Shown piece by piece: positions 1-13,768 of a stretch of DNA of 64,000 nucleotides (position 1 is the first letter of the stretch; the number at the start of each line of letters is the position of its first letter). The translations under genes were made by a program, and so were the position numbers. The notes beneath the pieces are model-generated. The model was not told where the DNA came from. It made no database searches and was given only the letters and a program-made list of their open reading frames with translations. Origin of the DNA: Amoeboaphelidium protococcarum X5 (lineage: Eukaryota > Fungi > Aphelidiomycota); contig JALDTO010000057.1 of assembly GCA_023515725.1 (NCBI GenBank), positions 1 through 64,000 of the forward strand, in the 5' to 3' direction.

Positions 1-151
1 AAATCTGAGGAGTATCAGATCCAGTTGTAGCAGCTCGAGTCATAACCGCAGCCATTGATCTTCTTCTATTCATGCTTGAACTTTGCAATTCCTAAGTATC
101 AACAGATAAACTCTATGCAAGGGCATTATTGTCATCAGCAGCGCTTGACAT
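1..151 (-). CDS. 5' end of a hypothetical protein running off the window (MSSAADDNNALAQSLSVDTQELQSSSMNRRRS...)
   Basis: ATG at 151 opens a TGA-free, protein-like frame to the window edge under TAR=Gln; no recognisable domain. Confidence 0.4.
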
Positions 152-1285
152 GGTTTTCTATTATCCCATCTCTGAAAAACGTCTTGAACTGCTCTAGCTT
201 TAATTCGGATCCATCTTCAATTACGAAACTTGAATTTACAATTCACTGAATTCGACTTTGAGAGTGATAAAGACAGCTAAGAAAATCAGAGTATATAATT
301 GTTAAGATACACTACTGTATAATGATGACTTTTGGATAAACCAAGTGCCAGTTTCAGCTTAAAATATAAAGTCGAATTTGATAACAAAGTCAACCGTTGT
401 CAAGAACGGACTTTTACTGAGAAAGACTCGCACACACACTGCTACAGTACGATAAGAAAGATCCGGCCTCGTTTATGATTGAAGCGTCAAACAACGCAGG
501 AACTTATTATGTGAACGGCAATTGTTAATAGCCACAATGGATTGATTTTACAATACACCGCTGGGAAAGTATTGAGATGGCGAATACAGGGACGACAGAG
601 CCAAGATTCTACCTGAGATATTCAGAACCGGGTTTGAGTGTTCTATTCTTTGACAACTTGATTTAAGTGTATGCCATCGTTGAGTAAGTTATTAATATCA
701 CGAATTATTAGAATCATAAATATCCTCATCTTGCGATAGATACAAAGCGTATAAAGTAGCTAGAAAACACGGCGCTAATCCCATAGTGTGTAAATGACCA
801 AACAAACAAAAGCAGACACAGAATTTTAAAACTGTATGAATAATGCCAGCAGTCATTGAAATAATTGAAATAAAACAAGGCGCGCATACTACAAGTGAAC
901 GCCTTCTTTCCCGCCAACGAATCTAAAACGCTCCCCTTAAATGTTTTGGTAACAACGGCGCTCGCTTTGACTCTCACTCTGTTTGACAGAGGGGCAGACC
1001 GACTGAAATCATCGCGCCGCCCGTCGCTTATCTTTTCCTCCTCGTTCCAACCTCAGGCGAAACGAAACGACAACAACAACAGAAGACGCTTTCTTTCTTT
1101 AGACGGTTATCTCTGGCATACGCACACTCACTCATACTGAAGATACACATACAGCCGTATTATTCACTCACTCACTCTTAATACAATTATCCTATTGTTG
1201 AAAGTTCTGGGGATTCCTTTATAATCTAAATTATACTACTAATAATTAGTTCATCAAGACATCATTCAAGAAGTCGTCGTAAAGT

Positions 1286-2076
1286 ATGCGTGAATATAAA
1301 TTGGTCGTTCTCGGTTCTGGTGGTGTTGGAAAGTCTGCACTGGTAAGTTTGTTGTATTTATACGCCCATTCCACCTGCTCTACTTGTCTCTCCACTCTTC
1401 TGTGGAGGCATGGATGAGTAAGCAGGTGGATGGGTGTATTTTATTTGTGGACAGATGTAACTAATTGAATCCTTTTGTATGATCGTCGTTGTATGACTGC
1501 AGACTGTTTAATTTGTGCAATCCATATTTGTGGAGAAATACGATCCCACCATTGAGGACAGTTATCGTAAGCAGGTTGAGGTTGATGGCTAGCAATGTAT
1601 GCTTGAAATTCTGGATACAGCTGGTAAGTTTCCGATCTCTTAGTCTTGTTTATATTGACAATGTATGATAATGTGTCTGTGACTCTGTCTATCTGTGTGT
1701 AGGTACTGAGCAGTTTACGGCTATGAGAGATTTGTACATGAAGAATGGGCAGGGCTTCATCCTTGTGTACTCCATCACATCTCAGGCCACCTTCAATGAT
1801 CTGGCAGAGTTGCGTGAATAAATTCTGCGTGTCAAGGACACTGACCATGTGCCTATGGTTCTGTGTGGCAACAAGTGCGATCTGGAAGATGATCGTGTGG
1901 TTGGAAAGGACCAAGGCTTCTAGCTGGCCCAGCAGTGGGGATCCGTCACATTCTTGGAGACTTCGGCTAGAAAGAAGATTAATGTCGACGAGGTGTTTTT
2001 CGATCTGGTACGACAAATTAACAAGCAGATGCCTGAGAAGGCCTAGAAGAAGAAGAGCAAGTGCCTGATTCTGTGA
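1286..2076 (+). CDS. RAP1: Rap1-family small GTPase, 3 exons (1286-1342, 1503-1623, 1703-2076)
   Basis: Spliced translation [25 protein letters not shown]...[12 protein letters not shown]...[22 protein letters not shown]...NKCDL...CLIL*. Has the Rap-specific T61 (AGTEQ), a CAAX box and GT-AG introns; in-frame TAA/TAG fall at conserved Gln positions. Confidence 0.97.
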
Positions 2077-2567
2077 GCGATTGATTACCGGAGGAATGCT
2101 ATGAGGTTGAATGAATAATAAAATGCCTTTACGGTTTTTTGAATTGTTTTTAATTGTTGCCTTTTGCTTTATTACTGAAAGGTTGTTGTGTGTCGGTCGA
2201 CATGTGAAATTGATCATCCACAGTGATCGGCTACGAGGTGTATTGATGATCATCAATGACCGATAGTTGACTCGTGATTATTACTGGCACTTAACAGATC
2301 ATTATTTGTCGATTATCAGTTTTAATGCTTTTTATGCTGTGCTTTAATGTTTTAGTTATGCTAAATAGTTGACCCAGTGATGGGGATATGCGTACAGTCA
2401 AGCGGAGCATGAGTGAATGGTCAAATGTGGCGTTATTCATTTCAAGTAAGGTCCGCAACGTGATGATGACAGTAATCAATGAATACACTGAACATGAAAA
2501 CACTCTGAAAATAAGCAATAGCGAGTACTATTATAAATACACTCTTTACATTATTACATAGACGGTG

Positions 2568-4154
2568 TCAATCAAAAGGAATAATGGTGCGTTACTTTTA
2601 GCTTTACTATTGAGCACCAATAGCACTGGGAATGCGCATGTTGCAACAGGTGGGGAAGGACTGGCCAAGAGCAAACGTTTCGACCAAACCACCACCACCA
2701 TTAGATTGACTGTCTGCACTCAAACTATCGCCTGATGAATGCGAGCATCCATGGTGAGATTAAGACATTTTACCATAGATGGGAATCTTTTTGCCATTAG
2801 GTCCTACAACATACTTGATAACAACCTCTTAATCCTCCTAATGATGCTCATGATCGTTTCCATTATTACCGCCATCTTCAGAGCGGATTATAACAGAGGC
2901 ATTAGGTACATCTACAACACGCTGATGACTATCCTCAGTTTTAAACTCTTCAATGCACTGGGATTTATACACGTCGCCATCACCCAATACGGTCATCCAG
3001 TGCTTGAGAGTCTCATCCGAGTACTGCTCTCTACCAACAAGTCCCATAAATTCGCCAAACAGAAAGTGTTGCATAATTGGAAGCTTTTTCAAACACTCTC
3101 CCAGATACATCATTATCAATCCATTGTTGACCCTGTCCCAACCGCTTCTGCAACCTTACGCCACCTGCTTCTCCTTCACATATGTGGAGCCATCAGAACG
3201 TGTCACAGTCTCGGACACGGCAATTTTCTTTGGTACAATGGCTGAGATATCATACAGCATCGGAGAATGCCACGCAAGAGACCCCTCCCCACTAAACTTC
3301 ACATCATAGATAAATTTGACACTCTCAAAGAACATCCATGAATTCTTACAACCATACGAACCATGTTCCTCAACAGCGATATGATCACATATATCTCTCG
3401 GTCTCAAGTACTAGTGTCCAACCAACTGAGCACTTCCAAATAGGAATGGCAGAAACTGATAATCATCCAGGCCCCAAACGCCATGACTACCAGCAGGCTC
3501 TAGCCAGTACTCAGATTACACGGCACGCATCCAGACGATGTAACGATTAAGCAGGACCAACGCTAGCGATGAGTGAAGATGTAAAAATTGATGCTTAACC
3601 AGAGCATATACAAACACCATGAAATTGAGTTCGTGTCCAGTACCATAATCGATTCTCTTCAGATCGCCAAAACTATGCAGGAAATATGGTAGTATATGTG
3701 AGAGGGCATTTTCAGTCAGAAGAGAGTCACCAGCGAGCCAGCTACTACTTCCGTCCTCCTCTTACTATTACTACCCACAGATCCACTAGAGAACATTATC
3801 CCAAATGTACTGATAGTATTGTCTGAACTCAACGTGACCAAAACGATGCGAAGACGCGGTGGGATTTAATTCCTTCTAAGCATCGTGAGAGGAGCCGCGC
3901 GGGAACAGCTTCAAAGCATCCTAACATTTATCAATTAGGTTCAGCACTTTCTCCAGATTTCTTACCTAATCGCTAGTCAGTTCATTATGAAATCTTTATT
4001 AAGCCTAAAGACAATCGCCATCATACTCGACGCACAACTGATTCAGTGGTAGCATAAACCCATTCCAAAACAAGTCAAAATGGATGGACGAAAGAAATTT
4101 CTCTAAATCTTACTAAGACACAATTAATTTGACAACTGAAGCAATTTATGTCAT
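2568..4154 (-). CDS. Phosphotyrosyl phosphatase activator (PTPA; Rrd1/Rrd2 family PP2A activator), 528 aa
   Basis: Motifs [52 protein letters not shown] and [19 protein letters not shown], with a fungal-type C-terminal CC...IPFD; single frame with TAR=Gln. Confidence 0.93.
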
Positions 4155-4591
4155 TTGGATAAAGCTATTACTGGTGGTGTTTTGCAGAAGAGCTGTAATC
4201 AATTTACTACAGTATGCGAAAGGTGATAGTATCGATGCGTTTTAACCGCGGAAAAGACGATCCAAAACCAGAGAGAGAGATAACGACGTTTTAGCTCATA
4301 GCTCTCTGTCACGTCATTTCCCAGTTGGAATGTTAGTTATATCAGTTTCGGCTTCTCATTTTATCCACGAATTTAATCTAATATTACAGTCAGCATATCT
4401 ATGGACCGTGATTAAAAATTACTGTAACTTAATTTCCTTTTCTTTATTGTTTGATGTCAACTACTGTATTTTGTTCCCATGAATTCTTCAATCAACAACA
4501 TTCATCAAGTTTTTCGGTCTTTCTGATATTTGTCACCTAGAATATACCGTTACAGCTGATCACATATCAGCTATAATTGAGTACACATATA

Positions 4592-7098
4592 ATGGAAAAG
4601 GGACTTAATGTGGCAATAAGAAAGAAGCAGGTAAGTTGTAGACGTCTGATATCGGACTATAATCAAATCAATGCAATTAGATGTAGAGATGGAAGGACAG
4701 ATGGATTGTGCTAAGAGGATCTGATGGTTTGGCAGTATACAAGACTGATCAAGAGTACGAACTCATGAATTTGTACAAGCTGGATTCACTGAGTGCATGT
4801 CTTCACAGTCCACTCAACACATCATCCTCATCGTCAGCCTCCCGCAGAAAGAGCGGCGATGAAGGGGAGCTGTCCAAGAAGGGCCGCCCGCATGTCATTG
4901 TTCTTTTGTTTCAGCATCTGATCGCCGTCCCGTCTGCTGAAACGGTGGCTGCCGTTACGAATGGAAATCAATCAGGCACGGTAGATCTTGGTTCTGCAGA
5001 CCATGGAACATTGAAGGAGTAGCAGTTCAAGTTGAAGACTACGATGATGTTTATAGACTTTAAGGTTAGATCTGCTATGGAAGATTTTCTGGTTATGGTT
5101 GCTTAATGCAGATTTAATGCTAAATCTCTGCTACCGGTGAATTTGTTGAGCTGGCATTCTTTATCAAGTGAGACCGGTGATGAAGTTGTTATTCCTGAAT
5201 CATAAAAGTCGGCGGGTCATGATAAGTTTGATGAATAAGGCACCATAGTTAGTTTACCCACCATGTCGACCGCAGCTCGTCTGGGCTTTATTTGCACAAC
5301 GCGCCCATCATTTGATGCGGATTGGTGGTGGATCGCTGCGCATGATGTCCTGATTCCGTTTGAAAATAATTCAGGATCATCTTTGTAACTGAATGATACC
5401 AGTCAGACTGCTGGTGATAATAAAGATATTCAAGTACTTCCTGCGTTGAATAAATAGAAAAAGTCTGGCGTAGATTTGCGTCTACCTGCATTAAATGAAA
5501 GTGCAGAGGAGGATGGCGATGTTGAAGATTAGTAGTCCCCGGATGAAGAGGAGTATGTTAGTAGTCCATTCTCTGAAGTTACTCAGTCTCCGGCCACCGT
5601 AGGATCTCCTTTGAAGAATGTCAGTTTTCCGCCGCCGCCAGCGAAAGATCCCTAGATTTATGAACCGAACCTTGCATAAAAAGGCTTAAGCGAGCTTGTG
5701 GATGCTCCTAGTATAACTGGCTACTTGTACAAGAAGAAGTTGCGTGGTGGTTTGCAAACATCCAGAAGAAATACCGTGCTCACTAACAATATTGTGCCCG
5801 GAACATTGTAAAATATTGGCTCTGCAGGAGCGATGATGAGAGGCTACTAAGATGGTCAGTCTGCTGCAGGGGAATAAAGTTCTGCAAACAAGTCGCCATT
5901 ACCAAGAATCTCTAATTCACGACTCAAAAGCGATTCTTCATATCATTAACGATACTTTGTCCTTCGTGGCACGGTTTTGTCATGGTACTAGGATGCTCGA
6001 GAGTATGAGGTTTTGCGAATGCTTGATTTGAAAGACGTCATTTGGATTAAGCTGGATTTGCGCTTGTCTGGGATCAATCAACAGAATACATCGATTGACG
6101 CTGGTGCTATGACTTCGGAATCTGACACTGGTGAGGAGAGTGAAGACGAGTACATATCTTCGACCGCCAATACTAAGAGCCTCGTCTAGAAATTAATACA
6201 TTCAGGCAGAGCTAATTCTCCACCTGCGCAGAGGAATAAAAAATTAGCCAAGAAATAGAGCCGTGCAATGTCCATTTCTTTTGGTTTAGGAGTGTCTAAT
6301 TCATCGTTCGGTCAAGTCGTATCAGTAGATCCTTCTAGTAGTCAGGGTAGTCCAATGACACCCATCTTGTCTCCTGTAAATGTTGCAATTAAGCAAGTTG
6401 CTCTCCCTACTGCAGCTAATCCATTGATGGAAGTCTCCGTGACTAGAACTTAATCGGCCCCTGTGACGAGAAAGAGCTCTAAAGTCTTGGCCAAAGAATG
6501 GTGCAGTGGTGTTGGAATTCTAAATGTCAATACTCAATTTTCTGCATTAGGGAAGCATGGTGACGCGATGAGCGATGGACTGACACAGATTCTGTGTGAA
6601 AGTGCCATTGAGGTTTCACAGGGAAGAAGGTTAATTAGTGATACTGTCAGTACAAACAAAAATCTGTCGCCTGGGATTGAGAATGATTATTTTCTCAAGA
6701 TTCTAGCCAATACTGTCAAGCAGTCATAGAATATAACTAAAGATTAGCTTAAACTTGCATGGGCTGCATTTTATGGAACACTTGGAGTGCCTGTTGCTGT
6801 AAATCAAGTTTTACCTTTGCAAGAGTCCGTTACAACACCCCTTAAAGTGACGGTACCGGTAAGTGCTGTTCCGAGATTGGAGAATAAGTCTGTGGAGGAA
6901 ATGACTCAGTAGGCTATCGTATCTTTGGAGCAGTATTACGACGAGCAGAATCACCATTTAAATGCATCATCGAAACTCTTTCATATCCGTATCATCACCA
7001 GCAAGAGAGATTACGTTCTTGCCACTGAGCGAGTTGATGAATTTGTAAAGTGGGTGATTGCTCTCAGGAGAGCGTGGATCAAAGCCAGAATATCGTGA
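4592..7098 (+). CDS. Tandem PH-domain protein (Opy1-like) with long insertions; intron about 4631-4680
   Basis: PH1 RWKDRWIVLRGSDGLAVYKTDQEYE; PH2 GYLYKKK...QRYFVLRGTVLSWYQDAREYE...RDYVLATERVDEFVKWVIALRRAW; frame open to TGA at 7096-7098. The start exon is uncertain. Confidence 0.7.
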
Positions 7099-7356
7099 AT
7101 AGAAGATGAATGTTAGTTTTAAATATAGAGAAATAATTTTTTATACATACTTGATTTTGCATTAAACTTAGAGTATCTTAATTCATTGCATACATGATAT
7201 GAGTCGAATGCTCACAACTAAACAGTTTCAATATTGATTGGAGCCTCGGTGATCGCGCGCCCTTTCCCCTCTTTTTCGCGTTTTGTGTCAACGGACCCCT
7301 TTCTGTTGTTATCAACACTATAGTTGCCACAGTCTGCCGATATCACTACTATTACC

Positions 7357-10300
7357 ATGATGATGAAGCCTAGAGTCACATTTGAAAGATAAGAGTCTGT
7401 GATCAGTTACATTCTGGCCAAAGCTTAGTATTAATTCTCTGCATCATTGCCACAGGAATTGTCTTTAGTAGAAGGATTTTATTACATTTGTCGTGAATCC
7501 GCTCATCAAGGGAGTGATGGTAATTACGGCCAGGATGCTGATGATGGTTGGATCGATGCTTTCGTGTTGGATACCAATTACTTTGAATGTGTTGACAATG
7601 AGATTCTTGGCAGTCTTGATGAAGGCGATGCCAGCCAGAGCTCATAAATGGTGGATACCACCGTGAATTAGAGATGGTAAAAATGGATTCAGCAACACAT
7701 GGAAATGCTTAAAGATCTACCGTGTGGTATTGTCCCTAAATCTTACCTGCAATATCTTGCATATGCCACTGTCGTAACTTCATAAGCTTCAGATTCGCTT
7801 TGCATAGAGGACAATTACAATCTGATTGCGCGCTCTTAAAGTGCTAGCAGCGCCCCAGAAGATGATGGAATAGAATATCAAAGCAGTGCTCCTGCATTGT
7901 ACAGTCGCGATACACATTAAAATTTTGATGTGGATAATGTCGCCAACCGTCTCAAATATGTCCTCGAGACTAATAAGGATTACACTGCTTCTATTAATGC
8001 GTCCATTGATTCTGATAATAACTACTAGCATTATGATTAGGTGACAGACAGAGAATCTGTGGTTTCTGCGTATAGCGCTAGGCATGCTGGACGGTATGAT
8101 TAGATGAACAGAGGCTAGCGACTGAATATGGATGCTCAGAACGTGTTTGTGCCTGCCAAGGCTTCCATCCTCTCAGGGTCTCATATTGATCAATCTGGTG
8201 CTAAATAATACATATTGACTGGATGTCTTCCCGTTCCTGATGATTATAAGTATTACTTTTCCAACTCGTATGCACTTGGTCTTTTTAGCAGTAAGAGTTC
8301 GAGTGTTGGTGAGTCGCGTCATTAGAATTCTGCCGATATTTAGAGATAGTCACTTCTTGCTGCTGGCATTGTGGAAACTGTGAACTAGGAAAAGAGCGGA
8401 GTCATCAATTCTGTCAACAATTTACCTTCATAGAAGCCGTATACTCAAGATCCTATATTAATTGCTGACGGCCCGTAGTGGTTGGATGAGTCGCAATCGT
8501 TCTTTGCTGTTGCTATAAATTAGTTTCTGGTGGTTTAGAAGTCAAATGCTCATCAGTCGTCTATTCATCTGCCCAAATTTGTCAGCTTTAAAGGTAATCT
8601 GCCGATAGACACGTATATTTCTTATTAAATTTCGGTATCTGTCCTAAGTCTACAACCGAGTTAATAGTAAGCAGAGAATGGGTCGTTTATGTTGCATCCG
8701 TTGAATTCTCTGCATGGAAGTATGCTCTCAAAAATGAATTCTCCTCGTCATAACTAGCAATAGTAGTAGTATTCCGCTAAGGAACAGTTTATCATATGTC
8801 GCAGATATTCTCACTTTGAGCTATTGCACGATCATTTGAAGGCAAAGTACCCAATGTTGTTTATTCCTCCTCTGCCATCCAAGCGTGTACAGGTGACCAC
8901 ATTTCCCCGTCATTTAGGAACTTTGATTGGCAAATCCAATGCTGACTAAGGGAAGATTCAGCTGCCTCAAGAAGATATCTAGGCGTATATGAAAAGGTTG
9001 TACGCTCTAGAACGTTGGTTGGAGAGGATTTTATCTCATCCTGTACTCGTCAATGATCCTGGAGTGGAGGCTTTCTTTTACTCTGATGTGGTCCAATAAT
9101 TGGGACTGACTGAGAATTCGTTAAAGATATTAGATCAATGTGGCGAAGCATCTCCACCTCGTGACAATTTAGTACAAGTGGTCGATGAGTCGCCTAATTT
9201 TGTTTGTCCCACCTATTTGGAGATGATGAAGAAGTTGCGCGGTGATCCGTCAGATGCTGCTGAATTCTACTTGCGCGTCTTCCATCCAGCTTTCAATCTC
9301 GGCCCAGATTTTGATAGATCTCAATCAGTATACAACTCTATCCGTCTGAATAGATAAACCATGTATCCTCATCCTTACTCTGCACATGACAATCAGTCTC
9401 AATCTAGAATCAGCTGCACTATGTCGGTCACTGGTAGAGTTATTGAAGACGATATCACTGGAGATTATGCCACTTTGAAATAATAAGCCAACTTTCTGAC
9501 CGAGAATTAAGAGAAATTACAAAGTATTAGACTTGCCCTGAATTCGTATAAGAACAATATCGCTGTTGAAAAGTCCAGGGAAGTGAAGCGCCTCGTCCAG
9601 AAATTGTAAGAATTAGCTCTACATGAATAAAAGCCGTCCTCTGACTCCGCAGTGCCTGAAAGTTGTGAAGGTGGCCGAATTTGGTGTCATTTGCCTCATT
9701 GTCAGAATTGTAAATGGCTGACTGAGTCGATCGCTGATCTGGGTGATTGTCTGTCCGATGTTGACGCGTCTGATAGGAATGTTATCCATGTGTATGACAG
9801 AATAATAGACTGGATTGGAGAATGGAATGAGATTTTGTAGAATGAAGATTAGATGATGAAAAAGTATTTAAGTATTCAGAAGGAGGGGATCCAAATAGGT
9901 AAGGAGATGGAGCGCGGCATCAAATCCAGACTGAAGTAGCAGCGTGAATAGCATTAGAGTTAGTTGACTTGTCAAGGTAAATCAGAGACTGAAAGCGTAC
10001 GAATTGTCGGATCAGATCGATATGGTACGATGAGCATACCAAGATCGCAGCACTCTTCCGGATCTAAATCTGCTCTTTATAATCCGAATATCGAGACTGG
10101 TGGTCCTTCTGATGGTTAGATTTCCACTTCACCCACGCCTGTTCACCTGCAACCAGTCCATGTGTTGTCGCGTCTATCTACGGTGTACAATGTTAATCAT
10201 GCTGAGGTTAATCAGTGGATGCATCGTTAAAGACAGATTGAGTTCTTTGCCATGATAAAGACGCTCTGCAAAAGTGAATTTTAAAGAGCAGAGTAAAACT

Positions 10301-10362
10301 ATTAGCTCTGGCGTTCATGCATAGACAAGATTGAGTTTATAGAAAAGAACTTAACTTCTTGA
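7357..10362 (+). CDS. SH3-PX-(BAR) sorting nexin, SNX9/18/33-like, about 1001 aa
   Basis: SH3-like AKAQYQFSASLPQELSL...GW...GIVPKSYLQ; PX core RRYSHFELLHDHLKAKYPMLFIPPLPSKR...LERWLERILSHPVL; helical C-terminus consistent with a BAR domain. Confidence 0.75.
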
Positions 10363-10794
10363 ATGTGAGTTGACCTGTGATATTAAGAATATTAATTAAA
10401 TATATATGATATGATATGAAGTCTCTTGTTGGTTATTATTTAAATGACATGAACAGTGTTTAATATTGGAAAACATTTGTTCGAATAAGGTGGAAGGAAA
10501 TTACGGCATAAATCCCTCACAGAAGGAAAAGCTTACGAGTCACCTGCCAATCATGTCAAGCCAAACTGATCACAGCGAAATTGACGCTTGAGGGATTTCC
10601 GCCAGTGATACAACGCAGATTCACACGCGCGCTGTGCGGTATTTTTGCCAAATCAAACAATTTTCTGAAATCTGATATTATTATTCTTTTCCCTCTCATC
10701 ACAAGTTTCAAGTTTTTGAATAAATACAATACTTTGAACTAATAACTATAATCAATAATAACAAAACTATCTGATCAAGATCTAATTAAGCGAA

Positions 10795-11283
10795 ATGTCT
10801 TCATCAAAGTCTGATACTAAAGTGTGCAAGTGCGATGCTAGCTGTACCTGCCCTGGAAAGTCTGGCCAGTCTTGTCCTTGCCCTGGTAAAGGCCAATCAT
10901 CTTCATCGTCGTCTAGCGGTCCTACCAAGGCTTGTAAAGCTGGATGTTAGGGAGGTGAGAAATGTATATGTGAGTCTGGCTGTCCTTGCGCTACTGGTAG
11001 TAAGTCGTAGTCTAAGAGTTGCTGCGGTGAAACATGCAAGTGTGGCGATGATTGCAAATGCGGTGATGCCTGTGAGTGCGGTGACAAGAAGTGTTGTGGC
11101 AGTAGTAACTGCAAATGTGGTGATAATTGTCAATGTGATGAAGGCTGTGAGTGTGGAGATAAGAAGTGTTGTGGTGGTAGCAAGAAGTGCGGTGATTAGT
11201 GCAAGTGTGGAGATGATTGCCAATGCGGAGATAGTTGCAAGTGTGGAGATGCTAAATGTGGTTCTGGCAAGTAATGCTGTTGA
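10795..11283 (+). CDS. Long modular metallothionein-like protein, 162 aa, about 40 Cys
   Basis: MSSSKSDTKVCKCDASCTC...CCGETCKCGDDCKCGDACECGDKKCC...GKQCC*; CxC/CC clusters and no aromatic residues. The ORF track missed it because of internal TAG/TAA. Confidence 0.88.
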
Positions 11284-11556
11284 TTTTTGAGTTAGACTAA
11301 TGACATGGAAGTTGAATGAATATATTAAATTGCATGACATTTGATATTTACTGTTTATTCAAAGTATACATTTTATTATTAAGCTCTTCAGCATTGAACG
11401 ATCAATCAATCAACCAATCGGACGGAATTCTCACGCTCCTCCCTCTTTGAAACGATCCGATCGACTACTGAAGAGGACAAGAATTTTACAATCTCAAATA
11501 CACACACATAGACGCGTCTAATAGAATAAACTTGGTATATTACATACAGTATATAT

Positions 11557-12858
11557 TCACAGTGATGTCTCTAATTAAACCTTTACGAGGAATGGCACAT
11601 ATAGGTGGAATTCTTATTCGCCTAAATCATCTCTTCGCATGACACATTTTAAAGGTATCCAATGTGTTTAAAGATCACTCGCAATGCAAGTTACTTTAAC
11701 TTTGCATTATAATTTCACCAACTCTTCAACATCAACATCCAAAGTGGGTTCAACAGTCAGCTACGTGGTATTGAACTAGACAACTTCAGCGCATTACAAC
11801 AACTAACTAAGCTCGGGATCATGCTCATCGTCAATGCCTATTTAAAATGTATACGTGGAGTTATTGGTCCAATATCCGCTAACATCAATCAATTACTCAC
11901 CCGATTTACTGAGTAAGTAAAAGCCAGGATTAAGTTGCACGAATGGATAGTATTCCGACACTGTGCTTCGAATAGAATACAGGGACGACTACTATTATGA
12001 CTTATTAGCGCGTACCTGCATCATTGAATTTGGCTTAAGAACCAACTTTTCGCATTGACAACACCTTCTACTCAATCTCACCTTCAATTACGCTGGCTGG
12101 GGATATAATTAATGATGCTTATCACCTATAGTGCAATACTACAGCATTTATGATGGGCTGACTTAACTGGAAAGAGGTTGATCCAAAGGATCATCAGTTT
12201 CACTCTTCAGTAATTCCTGATCAAAATACGACTTCCCACTAGATATTGATGAAAACAAGTCATATTGATCATAATTAACCTTGTCCAACTACCGCGTAAC
12301 TTCTTCTACGCTCATTGATTGCATCTTGAACCAGTTGACTAATCGCTCAACTTCCACTTTATGATCACTATCATCTGCTTTTTATATCATTGAAGAATTA
12401 TTGATTTCCTTCAACTATTCCGCAATACTTTTGCAAGTCTTAACCCATTACGTGCTATTTGCATATTCATTCATTATAGTATTAGTGAGCCCTGTGGCAC
12501 TCTCTTTCAAAGTCGCGTCGAATTCCAAGTTACAAGCAGGGCATTAAATCTAAGAGCCACTAACAGCATCTTACACAGTGGGCATAACGTGAGCACCACA
12601 TAGGCATCTAAAGCAAGATCGCGGACACTTCATACTAACAGGCATCGCTGCATTACTACTGGCATAAGCAATAGAAGTCAGACTCGGTTCATATTGACAC
12701 TGGGGACAGTAGAAAATGTGAGCGCTACTTTTGTCAATCATCGTATCATCTTTATGCATAAGCAGATTGCAATCGCTGCAATAGTAAGCTTCATATATAG
12801 ATTCAATCTGACCGTTTGGTAGTTGCACAAAGTTCTCCAGCGAAATCATTATTATCAT
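11557..12858 (-). CDS. Dynactin subunit p62 (DCTN4)-like, 433 aa
   Basis: N-terminal Cys pattern YYCSDC...FYCPQC...KCPRSCFRCLC...CPACN matches the p62 Zn-binding region; the length to TGA 11557 is a multiple of 3. Divergent. Confidence 0.65.
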
Positions 12859-12994
12859 TATTACTACAGTTATGAATTTGGGACTATTTACAGAAACTTG
12901 ATGCGCGTTCTGATTAAAAGTTCAAATGCCGCCGACAAATTTCTGATCAAATAGAAATATGATCTGGTCGTAATTTGATTTCTATCATTCAAAC

Positions 12995-13768
12995 ATGTAC
13001 CTTAAAGAAGTTTTGACCACTGTAATCACACGATATGCGCAAATATCTCACGTCACGATTAAGGCTGCAGACTTTATCTAGTGCCATAGTGAACAAATCT
13101 CAATAGTAAAGAAGGCAGTCTCCTTCGATGTCTCGGACAGCATTAGAAATCGTAATCTTTTGATTCGTTAAAGAGCACCCATCTGGCAGGCCGCCAATAT
13201 CTCGATAGAACGTTATCCGCGAGTTTCTACGCAGGCTCTGCTAAATAAAAGAGTTAAAGGCTGGCCTCAATATATAGCATCGAATGCATACCGTATAAAC
13301 AACTGCCCTGCGATGGCATGAGTCAACCGAAGCATCAGTGACTATTGATAATGAGCAGCTTTAGATTCAGTTGATAAGCCAAAGACATCTAACAATTAAT
13401 AGGCTTATCATTAGCGCAACAGATTAGCTTATGAGCTTGCGAAGAAGTGGCAGACGACAAGTGCACCAGCTTAATCCACCTCAGCTTATATAATCGAGAC
13501 GTGGCCTGCGACAGTATTTGCGTGAAGCTAATAATGCATACACAAATATTGCAGTTATAGATGCATTGTTTAGACAAATGAGAAATTAGCCGTTTGTTAA
13601 TGTTACGCAGAGATACTTGGCTTTGGATACTAGGAATAGGGAAATCGAAGAGCGCTTTGATTTTTCAATGAATAATCTGAAACATGCCCTGGTCAGAGGA
13701 TACACCGATCAGCAGATAGAGCAAATGTTCGGAATTGGAGTTAAGAAGCAAGTTGACGCGTAAAGTTG
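12995..13768 (+). CDS. Hypothetical coding region in two overlapping frames (possible intron, frameshift or pseudogene)
   Basis: A 108-codon ORF from ATG 12995 is followed by a second long TGA-free frame from about 13165 to 13768; no recognisable domain. Confidence 0.3.
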
